DNA of 64,000 nucleotides. Source: Novipirellula sp. (GTDB lineage Bacteria; Planctomycetota; Planctomycetia; Pirellulales; Pirellulaceae). The position numbers and the translations under genes are program-made. Of the stretch, positions 1-9,972 are shown piece after piece. Positions within the stretch are counted from its first letter, which is position 1; each line of letters begins with the position of its first letter. Where the stretch lies: assembly GCF_041583735.1 (NCBI RefSeq), contig NZ_JBFHFD010000001.1:9880-73879 (forward strand). Direction: 5' to 3'. The notes below the pieces were generated by a model. The model did no database searches and was not told the DNA's origin. It was given only the letters and a program-made list of their open reading frames with translations.

Positions 1-10
1 ACCTAGCCAA

Positions 11-1801
11 TTGGTGCCCACGCAAAGCGACGCGGCTGCCGCCAGCCAAATCATGGCTCCGGTTGGTTCCGGACTTGCTGGTCAATCCAGCGACAATTCG
101 GATGCATCGTCCAGCCGCGGTGACGGCTTCAACGTACGAACCGAAAAAATGGTCACGTTCGGTCAACCCGTCGGTGTTCCACAGGTGGCTGATGCTTCGT
201 CAAACTCCGTGACAAAGCCAACTCGACTGCACGATATGGATAACTATGGCGGCAACTCGGACTCGTCGACCGGTAACTACTCTGGCGACAACTTTGCTCA
301 ACCTCGTTATGATTCGCAACGTGCCAATTCGATGCGAACCGGCACGAGCCGATCGGACGGATTGGATTCACAACGTGAGCTGATGCAGGGCCAAAATTCG
401 ATCGCTTCGGAATTGCCAGGCATTCGAGTGGTGACGTTTGGTCCGGGTGAAATCATGATCCGCCAAACTCAACAATACGAGATTCGTGTCGAGAACCGAG
501 GGGCGATCGATGCCCAAGGCGTCCTGGTCCGTGCGATGATCCCTGATTGGGCCGAGATCCATGGTCACAACGCCTCGCAAGGCCATATCGACAACCAAAC
601 CCAAGGTAGCTCGGAGCGTTTAGTATGGACGATTGATTCGTTACCCGCCGGTTCGGTCGAGCGAATGTTTGTACGGTTGCGAGCCGAACGAAGCGGTACC
701 CATGACTTGGACGTCGATTGGACGATGACGCCTCAGCATGCCACCGCGACGGTGCGGGTCCAGGAACCTCGCTTGGATCTGACGATCGAAGGACCTGAGG
801 AAGTCATCTATGGTCAATCGCAAACCTACACGGTTCGTGTTTTGAATCCCGGCGATGGAACCGCCCCTAACGTGGTCTTCACGCTGTCGCCTAACTCGGC
901 AACTCCACAAACTCAGCGAATCGGTGACATCCCTGCAGGCAAAGAAGCTCAATTCGAAGTCGAGTTGACTGCCCAAGACCTCGTCGATCTGAAGATCCAC
1001 GGCATGGCATCGGGAGATCTCGATCTTCGTGCGGAAGCCGAAAAGACAATCCGCGTGGCCTCGGCCAAACTCGAAGCGGTGTTAACCGGTCCCGAATTGA
1101 AGTACCAAAACACCGAATCGCTCTACAATCTGCAGGTCCAGAACACCGGTTCGGCAATCAGCGAGCGAATCGTTGCGACATTGCAATTGCCTGGCGGTGT
1201 GAAGTACCTCGGCGGACTCGAGGAAGCTCAGCTTCAGCAAGGTGCTCTGAAGTGGCAGATCAATGCTCTGGCACCTGGTGCGAGTCGCAACTACCAATTC
1301 CGCTGTAACATGACCGCCACTGGCGATCAACGATTCATCTTCGATTGCAAAGGCTCGGCTGCAGGTCAAACCGGCGTCGCACTGGCAACCCGAGTGGAAT
1401 CGATTGCGGACCTTGTGTTGACCGTCAACGACCCCCCTGCCCCGGCTCCGATCGGTGCCGACGTGACCTACGAAATCATCGTGCGAAACCGTGGCAGCAA
1501 AGAAGCGACCGACATTCGTGCCCTGGCTCAATTCAGTCACGGGATCGAACCGAACAAGATCGAAGGCCAAAGTGGCGAGTTGCTGACCGGACAAGTCTTG
1601 TTCGATCCAATCCCTCGCATCGGGGCTGGTCAAGAGGTTCGCTTGCGAGTTGTCGCTAAGGCAGATCGTGCGGGACACCATCGCTTCCGCACCGAAGTTC
1701 GCTCGGGTGACACCGTCTTGGTGGCCGAAGAGGCAACTCACTACATGAGTCCTCAAAGCGACCGCGTGAGCCGACGCAGCAGCGACGTGCAAACCCGCTA
1801 A
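11..1801 (+). CDS. DUF11-repeat / OmcB-like secreted protein, probably 5'-truncated by the window edge
   Basis: Repeated Ig-like units (YEIRVENRG, YTVRVLNPG, YNLQVQNTG, YEIIVRNRG) after a low-complexity Ser/Asp region; the frame is open back to base 2. Confidence 0.75.
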   Translation: MVPTQSDAAAASQIMAPVGSGLAGQSSDNSDASSSRGDGFNVRTEKMVTFGQPVGVPQVADASSNSVTKPTRLHDMDNYGGNSDSSTGNYSGDNFAQPRYDSQRANSMRTGTSRSDGLDSQRELMQGQNSIASELPGIRVVTFGPGEIMIRQTQQYEIRVENRGAIDAQGVLVRAMIPDWAEIHGHNASQGHIDNQTQGSSERLVWTIDSLPAGSVERMFVRLRAERSGTHDLDVDWTMTPQHATATVRVQEPRLDLTIEGPEEVIYGQSQTYTVRVLNPGDGTAPNVVFTLSPNSATPQTQRIGDIPAGKEAQFEVELTAQDLVDLKIHGMASGDLDLRAEAEKTIRVASAKLEAVLTGPELKYQNTESLYNLQVQNTGSAISERIVATLQLPGGVKYLGGLEEAQLQQGALKWQINALAPGASRNYQFRCNMTATGDQRFIFDCKGSAAGQTGVALATRVESIADLVLTVNDPPAPAPIGADVTYEIIVRNRGSKEATDIRALAQFSHGIEPNKIEGQSGELLTGQVLFDPIPRIGAGQEVRLRVVAKADRAGHHRFRTEVRSGDTVLVAEEATHYMSPQSDRVSRRSSDVQTR

Positions 1802-1840
1802 AGCCATCGGTTCCAAGCCGAGAGCAAACGAGCAACGAAC

Positions 1841-1868
1841 GGAGTGGATCTTGGGCAAGGTCCACTCC
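1841..1868 (+). terminator. Stem-loop after the DUF11 gene, possible terminator or stabiliser
   Basis: GGAGTGGATCTT-gggc-AAGGTCCACTCC; no clear U-tract. Confidence 0.4.
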
Positions 1869-2195
1869 CGAGTGATCGGTGAAAATTGTTGTTGCAGCAA
1901 TACACCACCGCTGGAACATTTGCCATTTGGGCCAAAACGGTGAACTCCCTAAGCCGCCATCTTGGATGCAGAGGTCTAGTCGGATTGGCACGGCTGCGAA
2001 CCACTCGCATGCCACACTTCTCACTGCCTCGCCAATCGTCTCGGGTTACCCCAGGGACATTTCGCAGCGAATGAATCGAGCGTAAAAAACAGGCTTACGC
2101 TTTGGGTTTTTTCGTATCATAATCACGTGTGCCAATCTCTGGCGACGTGTCTTCTGGCTTCTGCGAAATCGCTTCCCCACACGATTGAGAGACTC

Positions 2196-3632
2196 ATGCA
2201 ATTCAACATTCGGCTGCTCACGCTGATGTTCCTCTTCTGCGGTTCGTCAGCGGTCGCGGAACAACGCCCCAATATTGTCATCATCATGGCAGACGATCTC
2301 GGCTATGGTGACATCCGCTGTTATGGTGCCACAAAGATCCAGACTCCGAATATCGATGCGTTGGCAAACCAGGGCATGATGTTCCACGATGCTCATGCCG
2401 CGGCTTCGGTTTGTTCACCATCACGCTATGGATTGATGACGGGACGTCTGCCTTGGCGACTTCATCGCAAAGGAAATGGCTATCGACTCGAACGCGATCG
2501 CATGACGCTCGCATCGTTGGTCAAGTCGCACGGTTACCGCTCTGCCGCGATCGGCAAATGGCACCTTGGATACGGAAAAAACTGGGAGCATCCGCTGGGC
2601 CCTGGGCCGCTAGAAGCCGGTTTTCACTACCACTTTGGCGTCCCCACCAATCATAATGACCAATACCGTGCCTTCGTCGAAAACCACGACTTTGTCGGTT
2701 TGGTTCCCGGCGAAAAGTTACGTGTCGTCGCGGGGCAACCGTTTCCCTCGGGACTCGCTAAACCTCGGGTGGAAGATCAAGTCGATTCGGATTTAACGGC
2801 AAAGGCAATCGAGTTTATCCGAGAGAACGCAGAACAACCGTTCTTTCTCTACTTCACACCCTGTGCGCCGCACACACATGTGACTCCGGCAGCACCGTTT
2901 CGTGGGACAAGCCAAGCGGGGCTGCTTGGTGATTACGTGCAGGAACTCGATTTTCATGTGGGCGAAATCATCGACACGCTCGACGAGTTGGGGATCGCCG
3001 ACAACACCTTGCTCGTCTTCACCAGCGACAACGGGAACAGTCCGAAAGATTTCAAAGGCACGCAAAACGTCGAGTTGAACTTGGCGGTCGATTCGCATGA
3101 TATCCGCGAGCGGTTCAAAACAGCCAAGCAAGACGCGAGGGCACTTGGGCACCTCACCAACGGTCCATGGCATGATGGAAAAGGATCCCCATACGAAGGC
3201 GGCCACCGGGTTCCCTTTATCGTGCGGTGGCCAGGAAAGATCACCCCTCAATCCGAATCGACCCAGTTGGTTTGTTTGACCGACATGATGGCTACCCTGG
3301 CCGAGATCCTCGATACCGAACTGCCTGAGGACGCGGGCGAAGATTCGTTCAGTATCGTTCCGGCACTGCTCGGTACCGATCCCAACACACCGCTTCGCGA
3401 GATCGCCTTTATTCAAGGCGACACGAAAGACAATGCGATTGCGATTCGCTCAGGCGACTGGAAGATGATTGCCTCCACCAGCGACGGGAAAAAAGTCCAT
3501 GAACTCTTTGATTTGTCCAAGGACAAAGCAGAAACCGAGAACCTGGCTAGCCAAAATCCCGAAGTCGTCCAGCGGTTGTCATCGGCGTTGGCAAAAGCTC
3601 GCGGCGAGGGGCGAACGCGACCGCTGCCCTAG
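2196..3632 (+). CDS. Arylsulfatase (Cys-type, formylglycine-dependent)
   Basis: Signal peptide, PNIVIIMADDLG, CSPSRYGLMTG, GKWHLG, TSDNG, YEGGHRVP; start taken at MQFNIRLL. Confidence 0.92.
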   Translation: MQFNIRLLTLMFLFCGSSAVAEQRPNIVIIMADDLGYGDIRCYGATKIQTPNIDALANQGMMFHDAHAAASVCSPSRYGLMTGRLPWRLHRKGNGYRLERDRMTLASLVKSHGYRSAAIGKWHLGYGKNWEHPLGPGPLEAGFHYHFGVPTNHNDQYRAFVENHDFVGLVPGEKLRVVAGQPFPSGLAKPRVEDQVDSDLTAKAIEFIRENAEQPFFLYFTPCAPHTHVTPAAPFRGTSQAGLLGDYVQELDFHVGEIIDTLDELGIADNTLLVFTSDNGNSPKDFKGTQNVELNLAVDSHDIRERFKTAKQDARALGHLTNGPWHDGKGSPYEGGHRVPFIVRWPGKITPQSESTQLVCLTDMMATLAEILDTELPEDAGEDSFSIVPALLGTDPNTPLREIAFIQGDTKDNAIAIRSGDWKMIASTSDGKKVHELFDLSKDKAETENLASQNPEVVQRLSSALAKARGEGRTRPLP

Positions 3633-3649
3633 CCGTTTTGCTTCCGCGT

Positions 3650-4831
3650 CTACTCTTTGACATCGATGAACTCGAGGGGTTGTGTTTCGCTGACATCGGC
3701 GACGCGGATCGCGAGTTCACCGGCTAACAGTTTGCGGAACGACTTGCCGACAATGTCGCCTCGCCATCCCTTTAACAGCGAGGGCTCGGGATCGTTCTTG
3801 CGATGTTCCAATTCATAACCCAACAATTCACGTACATCGTCCGCGTTTCCAACGATCGGCGGAGCAAGTTTGTGTTGCCGGCTGATGCACGCGATTGACG
3901 TCGATAGAAATTGACTTAACATCGGTGAAACCGAGCGGCGGGTGCCACGCGGACGACGCGGCAGATCCTCGTCCGGCGTGTCCAAGGCGACGCGAATCGC
4001 CTCGGCAATCGCTTCGTATTGGCCGGTGTAACCGCGTCGCTCGAGACCGCGGATGCTGCGAATCTTGTCGATGTTCGTTGATGCTTTTTTGGCCAATTCG
4101 ACCAGCAAGTCGTCACGCATCACCCGACGTGGAATTCGGTCGGTCTCGCGAGCACGGTCCTCACGCCACAGCCACAATTGGCGAACCGTTTCTAATTGAC
4201 GAGGGTTTAGCCCCGACGAACCGCTGACGCGATGCCAATTTTCGCGAGTCTCGGCGTCGATAACTTTCTGCTGCAAGTTGGCCGTTTCTTCGGCGACCCA
4301 CGTTTCGCGATTCAGATCACATACCATCGTGTTGAGTTGTTGGTACATGTTCTCGAGATCGACCACGTCGTGCAGCGCGTAGGTGATCTGATCCTTGCTC
4401 AACGGGCGATGCCGCCAATTGGTTCGTGTTTCGCCTTTCGGTAGCGACTTGCCCACCAATCGCTGGACCAATGTCGCCAGCGATGCGGGGTATTCCATCC
4501 CCACAAACCCGGCAGCCAATTGGGTGTCAAACAGACCGGCGATCGGTTTTCCGGAAAAGCGATAGCAAAAACGAATTTCTTCGCGAGCGGCGTGTGCGAT
4601 GACGATTCGCCCCGGCTGCGAAAGGACCTCCCAGAATGGATCGGTGGTTTCCACCCGATAGGGATCGATGATCGCCAAGCGGTCCCCAAAAGCGACTTGA
4701 ATCAAGCACAGTTCTGGACGGTAGCTATCTTCGGATACAAACTCGGTATCAAATCCGATGAAACGGCATTTGGCGATCTCTTCACAGAGAACTTCGAGCT
4801 CCGCGTGATTGTTGATGGACTCGTACTTCAA
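3650..4831 (-). CDS. rnd: Ribonuclease D (3'-5' exonuclease plus HRDC)
   Basis: FDTEF, LCLIQ, FDTQLAA, W..RPL...Q..YA..DV, and HRDC-like WREDRARETDRIPRRV. Confidence 0.92.
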   Translation of the reverse strand: MKYESINNHAELEVLCEEIAKCRFIGFDTEFVSEDSYRPELCLIQVAFGDRLAIIDPYRVETTDPFWEVLSQPGRIVIAHAAREEIRFCYRFSGKPIAGLFDTQLAAGFVGMEYPASLATLVQRLVGKSLPKGETRTNWRHRPLSKDQITYALHDVVDLENMYQQLNTMVCDLNRETWVAEETANLQQKVIDAETRENWHRVSGSSGLNPRQLETVRQLWLWREDRARETDRIPRRVMRDDLLVELAKKASTNIDKIRSIRGLERRGYTGQYEAIAEAIRVALDTPDEDLPRRPRGTRRSVSPMLSQFLSTSIACISRQHKLAPPIVGNADDVRELLGYELEHRKNDPEPSLLKGWRGDIVGKSFRKLLAGELAIRVADVSETQPLEFIDVKE

Positions 4832-4974
4832 AACTTGGCTTTGAATGTTGAGGAAAGCAGTGGTTTGATAACATTAGGAGTGTCGACTTTACCCCCTTTG
4901 GTTGTGATCGCCTATCCGGTTTATGCTGCAATCGTGCCAGTTTCTGCCTCTCTTAAAAGCGAAAGTGTTGTTCT

Positions 4975-5772
4975 GTGACGGATCTGCTAGTCAGTGTGAG
5001 GGACGGTTTTGAGTTTCGCGAGGCGGTTGCCGCTGGGGTGGGGATCATTGACTTTAAAGAGCCAAGCCGCGGCGCGCTTGCGGCGGTCGACCCCGCAATC
5101 TGGCACGCGGCCGCACTGGGGATCGCCCCGTTGGCGGGGGGGGCTCCGTCGATTCGCCTGCAATACTCGGGTGCGATTGCGAATGATCCGGTGATCCCCA
5201 CGCGACCGCTGCTTTCCGCCGCACTGGGCGAAGCCGCGGATTGGCAAGGCGTGGTGTCGCAACTGCCCCGAGCGTTTCATTTTGCCAAGATTGGCCCGTC
5301 GGGAATCAAGACGCCCGCCGCGATGAAACAGCTGTGGGATTCGGCGTCGCAGTGCATCGGACCAGCCACCGAATTGGTCGCCGTCGCCTATGCCGATAGC
5401 GAGTCGGCAACGTGTATGGCGGCGGAACAGGTGTTTCAGCTTGCCGCTGAATTCGGGTTTCGTCGCTGCTTGGTCGACACGTTCAGCAAAGATGGACGCT
5501 CGTCGATCGAACATCTCGGATACACGCGGCTGCGTACGCTGGGCCGCATCGCGACACAGGCGTCGATGAAGTGGTCGCTCTCAGGATCGATTCGTTTAAC
5601 GATGGTGGACCGGCTTGTTTCAGAGCGTGTATTTCCCGATTGTTACGCGGTGCGTGGCGACGTATGTCGAACGGATCGGACCAGTCGGTTGTGTCCGTCG
5701 CGATTGCAGCAATGGGTCGACTGTGTGTCGATTTTGCACCCCCGATCACTCGGCCCAATCGAGTCCCGTTAA
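4975..5772 (+). CDS. mfnB: (5-formylfuran-3-yl)methyl phosphate synthase-like protein (DUF556), methanofuran biosynthesis
   Basis: LLVSVRD, IIDFKEPSRGAL, LSAALGE, AKIG, VAVAYAD, LVDTFSKDG, AVRG..C...R motifs. Confidence 0.8.
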   Translation: MTDLLVSVRDGFEFREAVAAGVGIIDFKEPSRGALAAVDPAIWHAAALGIAPLAGGAPSIRLQYSGAIANDPVIPTRPLLSAALGEAADWQGVVSQLPRAFHFAKIGPSGIKTPAAMKQLWDSASQCIGPATELVAVAYADSESATCMAAEQVFQLAAEFGFRRCLVDTFSKDGRSSIEHLGYTRLRTLGRIATQASMKWSLSGSIRLTMVDRLVSERVFPDCYAVRGDVCRTDRTSRLCPSRLQQWVDCVSILHPRSLGPIESR

Positions 5773-5976
5773 CGAGATCAGACGGTCTTCGAAATGGCCG
5801 ATCAATCCGCCGACCAGCATCCACTCGTCACGCGAACGCAATTCGATCTCGCCGAACTTGTTGATTCGCAAGATTGAATCGCCGTTGACGCCCGATTCAT
5901 GCATCTGCTTCAGATCAATTTCGCCTTCGTTGACTACGTCCAACAAAGTTTTTCCTGTTAGTTCAATAAATTGCAT
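5746..5976 (-). CDS. Small acidic hypothetical protein (76 aa)
   Basis: ATG with upstream GAGG-like signal and globular composition; overlaps the mfnB 3' end convergently by 27 bp. Confidence 0.7.
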   Translation of the reverse strand: MQFIELTGKTLLDVVNEGEIDLKQMHESGVNGDSILRINKFGEIELRSRDEWMLVGGLIGHFEDRLISLTGLDWAE

Positions 5977-6128
5977 CTCAGGTCCTCAACATAAGATGAC
6001 TTCCGACAAAAAGGATTCGGATAGTTCTTCTCATTGAATCACACAGTGTAGTTCAGAACGCTTCGAATCCATCATTGCTTGATAAGATTTGTAAATCGTT
6101 TTTTTCTGTATTGACTTTCCGCGGCCGT

Positions 6129-7910
6129 CTAATTCTGAAGTCGTTTCAGCGTTTGTTGTAATTGTGCGATCGTGTAATCGATCGATGCGACGCGGCCCTC
6201 TTGATCCAACACCACAAGAAACGGCATCGATACCATTCCAAACCTGGCCGCGACCTCGTTGGGAACTTCGGCCGTCGCTGACGATTCGGCTCGATAGCTG
6301 GAAAAGTTCAATTTGTTTTGCCGGACAAACTCTGCCACAGGAGCTCCGGCAGGATCCAAGTTCACGCCGACAATCGCGATCGTCTCAGGTGATTGTTCTT
6401 CGAGTTCTTGCAGATGAGGAATCAATTGCAACGATTCCGGAAACCCCATCGCCCACAGCGGCATCAAGACAATTTTGCCGCGATAATCGGCGATCGATAA
6501 CTCGCCACCGTCAATTGATTTTAGATCAGGATCAAACGTTTTACCAATCGCGTCGACACGCGATTTTCGAGCGTCGATCGCTAGCTGAACCTCTTGCCCG
6601 GTGGCTGTGTTGGTGTCGGGGAATTGTTCCTGAAGCTTCTTGTAGGTTGCCTCGGCAAGCTGTGGTTGGTTGAGCCCTTCGAATTGAAGTGCCGCACCTG
6701 CTAAGTACTGCACCGTTTGTAGGTCTGGCGATGCGATCAGTAACGCTTCGACCGCATCGGTCCAATTGGCTGTCGCGATCGTTTCGCCTTCGATCGCCTG
6801 TTCCAGCAATCGATCGATCTCGTCGAATTGAACATTGCCCGCCAATTGAGCCGCCATCTTTGCGATCTGCGGATCGGATGAGTCGGCGTACAGTTCAATG
6901 ATCGTATTGCGAACCGCTTTGGCTTCGGCGTCATGATTAAATTGAGTCAACACTTGGCGAGCTTGTCCCATTACCATCATCGCGGGGATGTCCGACGATG
7001 CGTCGGAGTTAGCCAAACCCTGGACCTGCTGGACAATCCGTTGCGGTGCATCCGCTTCGCCGTTTTGTAGCGACTCGATCGCAAAACCGATTAAAACCAA
7101 TCGGCTGTCGGTCACCAATCGGGGATCATCCGAATCAAGATTCGCGGTAGCGAGTTTCTCGAGCTCCATTGCCGATTTCAAATCGCCCAGCGCGGCAAGG
7201 TGTGAAAGCGATTGAAGTTCGCCGCGTGCACCATCACTGCGAGCGTCGGCATTGGCGTCCGCATGATTCTGCAAGCGACGCGCGGCCTCGAGTTTCATTT
7301 GAGAAATTCGCCGCATCTCGGCAAACGCTTCCTTCGGATCTTGGATTCCCGATGCGCCACTTGCGATCGCTTGGATGTCGCTATCGGCGCCGGCTAAAAA
7401 TTCATGGAGCTCATCGGGAGTCAGGTTCGCTCGCAATTGACGACGTTTAGGATCGACGCTCTCGCTCGCCCCAACGGGATCGGCCATCGTCAATAAGTTC
7501 GGTGCTTGGTTGTCGGGCTGCGGAGCGCCTGCTGGAATGGCCTCGCCCACTGGAATGGCCTCGCCCACCATTGCGGACTCGGTCGCAGCAGTCGATGGAT
7601 CGGGAATCGCAACGGGTGAAGTGGGTGCGAGCGATTCGCCCTTTTCAGGGGCATCGTGGGCCATCGCTGCCGCATCCGCCCTGCCCTCCCCTGCCCCGCT
7701 TACATCCGTCTCATTGGCATCCGTCTTGGATTCCCCAGGCTGCGTGAGCGGTAACGTCGCATCATCGGTCGCTTGGGATGTGTCCGCCGTATCGCTGTTG
7801 CTGCATCCCGAGGACATGCCGGCAATCAGCGCGAGCGAGAAATAAACGCTATAGCAAAGCGAACGAGCAAATCGAGGCGAAGGTGAGCGGAACCAAGGTG
7901 ATCGCGGCAT
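6129..7910 (-). CDS. Lipoprotein with helical region and C-terminal TlpA/thioredoxin-like domain lacking CxxC
   Basis: Lipobox-like SSGC; C-terminal YRGKIVLMPLWAMGFPES...IVGVNLD...MPFLVVLDQEGRV matches the TlpA fold. Confidence 0.75.
   Translation of the reverse strand: MPRSPWFRSPSPRFARSLCYSVYFSLALIAGMSSGCSNSDTADTSQATDDATLPLTQPGESKTDANETDVSGAGEGRADAAAMAHDAPEKGESLAPTSPVAIPDPSTAATESAMVGEAIPVGEAIPAGAPQPDNQAPNLLTMADPVGASESVDPKRRQLRANLTPDELHEFLAGADSDIQAIASGASGIQDPKEAFAEMRRISQMKLEAARRLQNHADANADARSDGARGELQSLSHLAALGDLKSAMELEKLATANLDSDDPRLVTDSRLVLIGFAIESLQNGEADAPQRIVQQVQGLANSDASSDIPAMMVMGQARQVLTQFNHDAEAKAVRNTIIELYADSSDPQIAKMAAQLAGNVQFDEIDRLLEQAIEGETIATANWTDAVEALLIASPDLQTVQYLAGAALQFEGLNQPQLAEATYKKLQEQFPDTNTATGQEVQLAIDARKSRVDAIGKTFDPDLKSIDGGELSIADYRGKIVLMPLWAMGFPESLQLIPHLQELEEQSPETIAIVGVNLDPAGAPVAEFVRQNKLNFSSYRAESSATAEVPNEVAARFGMVSMPFLVVLDQEGRVASIDYTIAQLQQTLKRLQN
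7532..7567. repeat. 18-bp in-frame tandem duplication (VGEAIP x2)
   Basis: CTGGAATGGCCTCGCCCA at 7532-7549 and 7550-7567. Confidence 0.9.
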
Positions 7911-8057
7911 AACGGTGAACCAAAAACGAAGCGTGAGCTAAGGGGGGAGAGCGATGTGTTGAGTAAAGCAAACAACTGTCCTGATTTTAGCACTCTGAAT
8001 CGGTTCTGTCGGCAGCACCACCCGACAAAGGAGTATGACGGCTCCCATCCGCTGAAA

Positions 8058-9476
8058 TTACGACTTTCGGTGGCGACTTTTACGCTCGATGCGATGCAGA
8101 TTCTCTTCTTGGGTCAACATACCCCAGCGTAATGCCTGATCTTGGTCGTACTGTTTGCCCAACTGCAGCGCAATCGACGCTTTGGCCATCTCGTAACCGA
8201 GATAGAACGCGTGGCTTGCGTCCACGTTGCTCGATTCGGGACGCTGCATCAATTGATCAAACAATTCGAAGGGATCCGATCGTTGTAAGTGCATACCCGC
8301 AGACAACAAATGAATCGTTTCATCTTGGGCATAGATGCGATAGTTATTGTCTTTCAGCGTTGCCGCAAGCGATAGCAGCATGCGGGTGGGAAATGCTTTG
8401 AGTTTTGGATCACGAAGCTGTACCAATGCATTGGATAAATGCTTCGGTGGCACCCGATTTTTGACGCTGTAATAAACCAATTTTCTTGCTTCGGCGCATT
8501 CACGTACCGAGGAGCGTGCCCAATTGATCACCTCGGTGGTCAACACACTGCGAATGCCGAGTTCTTGACAGATACCGAGCAATAAAAAGTTGATGCCTGC
8601 CGAATCGACTTCCGTCAACTCGGTCAAATTACCAATCCCCATCATGATTTCAAGTTCGGGGTAATCGCGGCGGGTGTCCGCATAGCGAATCAAACTCGCA
8701 GCGAGCCCTGCGCCGATCGGTTCCAAAATCGGGTCCAATCGCATCAGAACTTGATGTCTCGCCAAATAATTGATCGTTTTTTCAAAACTTTTTTTGTCGT
8801 CCACTTGGTCTGGAATCACGACCACTTCGCTGCCCCAATCTTTAGCCACTTCACAGTTCGATGAGTTCACCGACAACACCAGCGATGCTCCATTCTTGGT
8901 CGCTTCGCTCGCTTCCCAAGTGTCGAAGGTATCAACCGAAACTTTTAATCCTGTGTCGACCAAGGCACGGATGTAATCGCCGATTGTGTTACAGCGCGAT
9001 GCAGGGTCACAACCGAAATCGATCACATCGGCCCCCGATTCACGCAGTTGTTTGGCGATGCTTAGTACTGTGTCAATCGACATCCGCGGCGCGTGATTGA
9101 TCTCGGCAATGATCTGGATGTCGTACTCGCTCGGAACGACTTTGGGACGCGATTTTCCAAACACCTCTGGAAGGTCCCGGCAGTCTTTTGGGCCGCAAAT
9201 TACCGGTATTTTTACGCCGTTTTGCAATTCGTTGTAACCCACTTCGAGATAGCCCGGCACGATCACATGAGTCGTCGGTGCGGGGATGTCCAAGTGCCGC
9301 AGCAGCCACTTGGATGTCATCAATGCGGCCACCGTGATTGGCATCACTCCGACGGAATAGGTGAACGAATATTCCTTCGCGAGCGATGCAGCAATCTCTC
9401 GCACCGCATGCTCGGCTAGCCGCCCTGTGACAAAGTGATAGTGGTGGTCGGCAGCGGGTTCAATGGTAGTGCGCAT
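8058..9476 (-). CDS. Dihydropteroate synthase-like protein (Orf20/DUF6513 type) linked to H4MPT biosynthesis
   Basis: FVTGRLAE, VAALMT, GADVIDFGC, DPILEPIG, MMGIGNLTELTEVDSAG, HAFYLGYEMAKA, YDQDQALRWG. Confidence 0.82.
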   Translation of the reverse strand: MRTTIEPAADHHYHFVTGRLAEHAVREIAASLAKEYSFTYSVGVMPITVAALMTSKWLLRHLDIPAPTTHVIVPGYLEVGYNELQNGVKIPVICGPKDCRDLPEVFGKSRPKVVPSEYDIQIIAEINHAPRMSIDTVLSIAKQLRESGADVIDFGCDPASRCNTIGDYIRALVDTGLKVSVDTFDTWEASEATKNGASLVLSVNSSNCEVAKDWGSEVVVIPDQVDDKKSFEKTINYLARHQVLMRLDPILEPIGAGLAASLIRYADTRRDYPELEIMMGIGNLTELTEVDSAGINFLLLGICQELGIRSVLTTEVINWARSSVRECAEARKLVYYSVKNRVPPKHLSNALVQLRDPKLKAFPTRMLLSLAATLKDNNYRIYAQDETIHLLSAGMHLQRSDPFELFDQLMQRPESSNVDASHAFYLGYEMAKASIALQLGKQYDQDQALRWGMLTQEENLHRIERKSRHRKS

Positions 9477-9681
9477 GAGTGTGTTTCGAGGGCAGTGAGT
9501 CGCTTCGCAAACGGTTCCGTCTTCCCACAGGATGACCGTTGCAATGAATCAAGTCGATGTGATGGGGATCGTTCTTCGCGATCGGATGACTCGATAACCA
9601 TGCCAAACGATGCTCTGAATTTTGCCACCAATAACACAACTCATCTTGACGTGATCGATTCTCTCTTTACAAATTAAAGGT

Positions 9682-9785
9682 ACGAGAGATCCGTCGATCG
9701 ATTGTTGAAGTAATTTGAACACGACATCTTGTGTTTTAACAACTTACTTCAGTGATTGTCGTGGCCGGGATCTCTCGTTTTTTTT
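9682..9785 (+). ncRNA. Candidate structured small RNA: about 100-nt imperfect hairpin followed by U8
   Basis: ACGAGAGATCC(9682-92)/GGATCTCTCGT(9768-78), TGAAGTAA/TTACTTCA, AACAC/GTGTT; G-U pairs favour the + strand; TTGACG-N16-TACAAA upstream. Confidence 0.45.
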
Positions 9786-9876
9786 GCGCTGTTGTTGGTG
9801 CGCTGTTGTTGAGTTGCGAGACGGTTGCTGTGCGCTCGGGTATGGCATCAAAACTAAGTGGTTCAGATGGTGCGAA

Positions 9877-9891
9877 GCAGGTAACGTGCCA
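9877..9891 (-). promoter_or_regulatory. sigma54-type -24/-12 promoter
   Basis: Minus strand reads TGGCACGTTACCTGC (GG-N10-GC). Confidence 0.5.
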
Positions 9892-9972
9892 AGCACGCAA
9901 CGACAACCACAATGATAAACGTAACGATGCGATTCGCATTGTAGTTGCGATGATGATGGATGATGTTTGCGG

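Noticed and set aside
1082-1900. Long antisense ORF (272 aa), and similar ones at 13553-14641, 22524-23345 and 42941-43756
   Set aside because: They are shadows on the opposite strand of well-supported genes, expected in GC-rich coding DNA, and carry no motifs
4925-4939. sigma54-like TGGCACGATTGCAGC upstream of rnd
   Set aside because: The -12 element is poor (CAGC), so it is not supportable
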